64,000 bases of DNA, taken from assembly GCF_009914755.1 (NCBI RefSeq), contig NC_060927.1. One strand, written 5' to 3'. A model generated the notes under the pieces. The model saw only the letters and a program-made list of their open reading frames with translations, was not told the DNA's origin and searched no databases. This DNA is from the human T2T-CHM13v2.0 reference genome, Homo sapiens. The position numbers and the translations under genes were made by a program. The stretch's first letter is position 1; each line of letters opens with the position of its first letter. Below are positions 58,299 through 64,000 of this stretch, piece by piece.

Positions 58299-60499
58299 CG
58301 AGACTTATTTTAAAATTTTAAACATTTTTGTTCATAAAATTAATACAATTCTCACTGTTTAAAATGTGAAAGTATTGAAAAACAAAGGTAATATAATAAA
58401 ATCATCCACTTTCCCACACTAAAGATGTTAATGTTATCATTTAAGTGGATTTTCTTCTGAATATACATTATGATACAATGTATCTCCTAAAAACAGAAAA
58501 GGCGACACAAAAGCTAGGGAATTGAGAAAAAGACCAAAAATAAATACAAAAAAACTGTGGAACCAACATAAGTTTCCATATATATGTTATTTGAGCACTC
58601 AAAACATGACATCAACAAAATACCTCCTTTTAGTCACTAAGTTCAACTTCCTTCCTCTTCAAACTTTTGTAGGACTTTCTGAAGAAACACTGGTAGAAAT
58701 TAGAGAAATATTTGTAAGTCAAAAAAAAAAAGAGAAGTTGGAGAAAATGGCTTGAATGAAGCCAGGATAGTTCACAGACTAAGTAATCTATCTCTAGATT
58801 AAAAAACAGAAATTTACATAATGTATTCTGAAGTAATTATTCTGAGTTACTTAAGCAGATAACTCCTTACCATTTACATCTTGCATCCAATTTTCGCTTA
58901 ATGCTAATAATTTCTTAAAGGTTCATTGCCTAAAAGCTCAAGGTAAAATCTAGACTGAAGTTTAATTATATTGATATTTCCAGGTGCTACAATATTCGAG
59001 TTGCATGAATACATTTTAAATATAGTTTACTGTTGACTATTCAACAAGAGCCTGCCCACTTTATAAACATTTTGAAATCCCTTCAACTATTTTTAACGAG
59101 AGACATTCAGCTATTGCTAGCCTGCCAGCTGCATGGCCTTACACTAAGCAGTGAAGCTGCTTACACTAAGCAATGGAGCTGGATATGTAAAATATGTCAA
59201 AGGTATGGCCCACAGTGACTGGCACATAGTATGTGTGCAGTAAATTTAGTTCCTATTTACTTCTTTCACAAAATAGATGTGACTTTTATTATCAAGTCCT
59301 GTTTTTTCTTATCTGATGCTTTATTCTTCTCATCTAGTACAATGCCTGTCACAAAATAAGATATCAATATACAAAAATAAATAGCAGATAAAAAAGAGGC
59401 ATCTAGGAATTTAACTTTAGATATCTTTATTTTTTAAATTCTCTTCCATGTATCTTCAAAATTGTAAGAATTTGCATTTTACTACTTAATAAAACTATTG
59501 GTTATTTTGAACAGAAATGTATTTAAATTTACTGCCATGAAATAAATTGATTGCATAGGAAGATGTACTGTGTTTGCATTAAGCATTCAGGTCCTCCCAG
59601 AACACCATCACATATATCTGTGGCATGTGCCCCTCAGTTGAAGAATATCTGACAGAATTTTAATAAAGTTAATAAAAATATTACTTGCTAACCTTTAAAA
59701 AAACTCCAAAATAATCTCAATTTTTAAAAATCTATCTTTATTAGAGCAATAAATGATTATATAAAAGATTTACATATTGAACAACTCAAAATGAATTCAG
59801 GGCCTTTAATGATGAAAATAGATAACCTATCTTATGATAAAAGCCTATCCTCATTCTGACAGTTGTCTACATCAGAACACTGACAGGGTGCCCAAAATCC
59901 ACAGTGGGAATCTAAACTCCGCTTTTATAAATTTGAAGGCCTATAGCAATTTGTTCTCAAACAATCTTTGACACCACTGCATTCACCTAATAATTTCACA
60001 GCAGAAAACACCAGCCTGATAACAACATATTTCAATGAGTTTTGATTGAATAACTCTCCTTCTTGGCACAAGCTGTAATAGCTTCTACATTCGGTAGCAA
60101 ATGGCTTTTGATGCTAAGCCAAGGAAAGTGTTATCAAGGGATAGAGGTAATGTATACTTTGGGAAAATCCATCTGCCACATTAGAGTAATCTTCTAAATC
60201 TCAGTACTAGTCACGTCACATTTGTCTTCAAAAACTTCAGTGACTCCCCTTCATCTAACAAATAAGTCCAAACGTGAAGCATAGGTTAGGATAGTTTAAG
60301 AGCACATAAAACTGATACCTGACTATTAAGGATTAATAAAATAGTGATTTTTTTCACATATCATGAAGTCAGAAGTTAGTAAAGGAAAGGTAGAATGGCT
60401 CCAAAACATGAAAGAAATTAAAGTTTTTTTCTGTTGATTCATATGAAGCTTTTGTTTTCACATTTGTTTTGGTGTGATTGCAAGGTTGCTATTGTCTTC

Positions 60500-62420
60500 A
60501 TCACTGCATCTACAATTAATGCAAGAAAGAATGGAGGAAGCCCTGCATGCTGCCCAGCAATCTTTCCTGCTGCATTCATTTCTCCACTGCCCAAGGACTA
60601 TTTCATATGGCATCTCCTTAAGCCTCCATGCCTCCATACCACATCTTCACTTTCAGCTGATGACCTTGCTTCATAGTTCACTGAGAAACCTGAAGCAAGC
60701 AATAGAAAATGTCTATGAGCTTCCATCATCATATTTACTCCCACCAGCTTCAAGGTTGTATATTTTGCCAAAATGTTTTCTTGTTTACAAGATCTTATTC
60801 CATCTCAACCATGAGAGAATGTTGTTCTCCATCTCTGATTATTTCCGATCAACAAGTAAACATGCCATCATTTTTCTACCTTAGTTTAAAAAAACAAACA
60901 AACTTAAGTCCATACCTGTCTTTATTTATTGTGCATTCCTTCAAAGAATGATTTGTATATTATAACTGCTTTCGATATTTTTGTTGTCATTTTCTCTTGA
61001 CCACAATTAAACCAGGTTTCAGTTCCCAACACACCAACAAAATGCTTCTTGCCAAGCTCATCAATGATCTCCACATTGCCAAATCCAGTAGACATTTTCA
61101 ATTTTCTTTTCACTTGTATTACAAGTAAGCATTTGAAATAGTTAATCTCTCTACCTGCTTTGAAACTTTCTTCACTTGACATCCAGAATGCCCACTCTCT
61201 TCATTCTCTTCCTATGTCTCTGGCTGATCCTTCTAAATCTCCTTTGGTAATACCCTCTCTCCAACTTGAACTCTTGGCATGGGAAAGCCCCAGGACTCCG
61301 CTTCTCCCCTCCCCTCCCCTCCCCTCCCCTCCCCTCCTCTTGTCTTCTCTCCACCAAATCCTGTGATCATCTTGTGCAGTCTCAAATCTTTAAAATTGTT
61401 TTTACGCTAACAGTAGCCAATATATATTTCCAGTCAAGATTTTTCCCCTGTCAAATTCCACTTTGACAACTCTACATGAATGTCTGATAACTCTCAAATT
61501 TTCAAGTCACAAACCAAATTTCTGATTTCTAAACCCATTAGGAAAGCAAACAATGAAACAAACAGAAAGCCCATTTTCTCCCAAATCTTTTTTTATCTTA
61601 ATTTCTCAATAGCCATAACATTTTATCATTATCTTAGTACAAATTCTCAGCATTTTCAAGTCCTAAGTTGTCTCACATTTTAACATGTAATCTTCCAGAA
61701 ACCTCCCTTCAAAGTACAGCATACCCAGACCCTGACCACTTCTTCCCACCTTCCTATTACTACCCTGTGTTGAATCACTATCATGTCTCACCTGATGACT
61801 CTAACAGTCTTGTCACTTGCTTCGCTGACATCAACTTTGACTCTTTACCATCTACTATCAACACAACCGCTAGAGAAATCCTGTTAAAAACCATGTCAAA
61901 GCTTGTCATTTCTTGGCTTGAAATTTCTAATGGCTTTCAGTCTCACAGAGTAAAATGCCTAAAAGATTCTAGAGCATCTACCTCTTGATAATTCTTCTCT
62001 GCCTTCCTTTCCTACTGTGCTTGCAATTCCTTGAACACAGTAAGCACATTCTTCACAGTTTTAGTACCTCATCTCCCTTATGCCCTGAATTCTCTCTCCC
62101 CAGAAATCAACAGGTGCAGTGCACTTTCTTACCTTTAAGTCTTTGATCAAATGTTCTCTTTTCAATGAGGCCCACTCTCATTGGTCATACTATTTAAAAA
62201 TAAAACATTTTTCCTGTTTGATATTCTTTCCAGGTTACTTATACCATATTATATATTTTGTATGATTCTTTTTCTGATGTGTTGAATGTCATCCTTTGCT
62301 CCATTAGAAAATTAAGTTTATCCACATCAGAGACTGTGTCTGTTCTTATTGTTTTATTTCATTACAGTATCTCCAGTGCCTGACTTATAAAAAATTGTAA
62401 GAAATGCTTGTTCAAATACA
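60500..62420 (+). mobile_element. L2 (L2a-like) long fragment with a (CCCCT)n tract at 61304-61338
   Basis: 'ctttcagctgatgaccttgcttcatagttcactgagaa', 'tcaatgatctccacattgccaaatcca' and 3' 'gtatctccagtgcctgac'. Confidence 0.85.
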
Positions 62421-63716
62421 TAAGGAAAACATAAAAAATTGTGTAACATGGCCACCCCCAGAAGTCTTGAAACTGTACATTTTTCTTGGGTACATCATTT
62501 CAGTGAACAAAAATGGGGTTCCATTTATAAGAAAAACAGATTGAAATGGATATGGGGTAGATTGCCAATAGAGCCTTCCACACATAGTATTCAAAGAAAC
62601 AGCCCAAGGCTATACTTTTTAGCCTCCTTTCCCACCACTTACACAACAGAACTATTTCACAGCATAATACATATTTTTAAAAATATTTCTTAACATTTGC
62701 TAAAGTTATTTTCTTTTCTGAAATTCATTCTCTGGGCACCTACCTAAAGAAATATTCTATTTTACATGACATTCAACATTCTCTCTTCTGTAGAACTCAT
62801 ATTGAAACTTGAAGACCGTTGTCAAGTTTCACCTGTTCCAGGAAGCCTGCCCCTTCCCTCCATGGGCTTTTATATGAAAGCATTTATCTGTTTCTATTAC
62901 TGTACACATAGATCTATATTTGTTATTTCTGACTTCTCAGTTGTTGGTTGGTAAGTTCCATAAGTGCAGAATCTGCTTTTTATTAATTTCTTAATTTCCT
63001 TTTGTTAATTATTTTTCTATTTGTGCCTTCATTTTCCTCTGAAATAAATGAATTAATGTACATTATGAAACAGCACATTTTTCAAAAATATCTCTTGGGG
63101 CTATTCCTAAGTCTCACAGAGTTTGAATATAAATTTCACTTTTCAGGGCTATTTAAGGGCTTTAAAGTAAGAGACAAACTGTTGTTTTATTTGCCTTAGT
63201 CCCATCTTAAAACCAGCTCAAAAATTTCACTTTTTCCCTTGTTGAGTTCTCCCCACATTCCCATTGCTTTTCCCCAATTGGTTTTTATTCTCACTTTCAC
63301 CTCTACTTCTGTACTACTTAATCTTAGGCTCAAAGTCAAGGTCTTAAAAAAAAAATCTGAGTTCACTGGACTAAACTGGACAGAACTAGATTGGGCTAAG
63401 CAAGGTTGAACTAGGCAGAATTTTGAAAAGAGCCTTGGGTTAGTTGGGAATGGAGCTAGTTGTCCCAATGCCATTTAACTAGCCTAGTGCCTAGTACATA
63501 ACAATATCCAATAATTTTTATCAGATGAGTGACTGAATGTATAATTGAGTGAAATTAATGTAGAACAAGAAACAGAGCCAAGTGTACAGGGAAATTTAGG
63601 ATATGCTAACAGTGGCATTTCAAGGCCATAGTCATGAAATGGATGAAATTACAAAATAAATGTTGAAGCCATTCTCATATCAAAATTCATTCATAATCAT
63701 TTAAAATGAATTAAAG

Positions 63717-63958
63717 GGCCAAATGTGGTGGCTCACACCTATAATCCCAGTGCTTTGGGAGGTCAAGGCAGGAGGATCACTTGAGGTCCAGAGATTCGTT
63801 GTGCATGCCTGTAGTCCTAGCTACTCAGGAGGTAGAGGCAGGAGGATCTCCTGAGCCCAGTAGTTTGAGGCTGCAGTGAGCTATGATCCAGCTACTGCAT
63901 TCCAGCTTGGGTGACAGTAAGACAGTAAAATCCTGTCTCAAAAAAAAAAAAAAAAAAA
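63717..63958 (+). mobile_element. AluJ-like, internally deleted
   Basis: 'ggaggatcacttgagg' and 'gagcccagtagtttgaggctgcagtgagctatgat'; poly(A) tail; TSD-like attaaag. Confidence 0.92.
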
Positions 63959-64000
63959 GTATTAAAGAACTAAGGTAAAATATAAAATCCTAAAATTGGA

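Overview
AT-rich, CpG-poor primate (human-like) genomic DNA with no supportable protein-coding gene. The longer ORFs in the track mostly fall inside repeats, and the rest match nothing I recognise. Roughly half the window is interspersed repeats: about 13 Alus; several L1 fragments (a nested L1PA at 11.4-15.2 kb and a 4.3-kb L1PA at 27.2-31.5 kb); HAL1, L2 and MIR relics; DNA transposons (MER45R-like hAT, MADE1, MER5, Tigger3); and many LTR elements (a complete THE1A provirus, two further THE1 LTRs, MLT1/MLT2, LTR40/41-like, MER21, MER4 with nested MER41A). Subfamily names come from recalled consensus sequences and need RepeatMasker/Dfam confirmation. I found no convincing new biological system. 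The most interesting items are four. (1) An ERV1 env+LTR piece that ends at its poly(A) site with an A-tail and a TSD, which looks like an L1-retroposed retroviral mRNA. (2) A possible THE1-LTR-promoted minus-strand spliced non-coding transcript with intact DUX4 motifs. (3) A 222-bp duplication across the THE1A/flank junction. (4) A 37-bp locally templated patch at an L1 5' junction.
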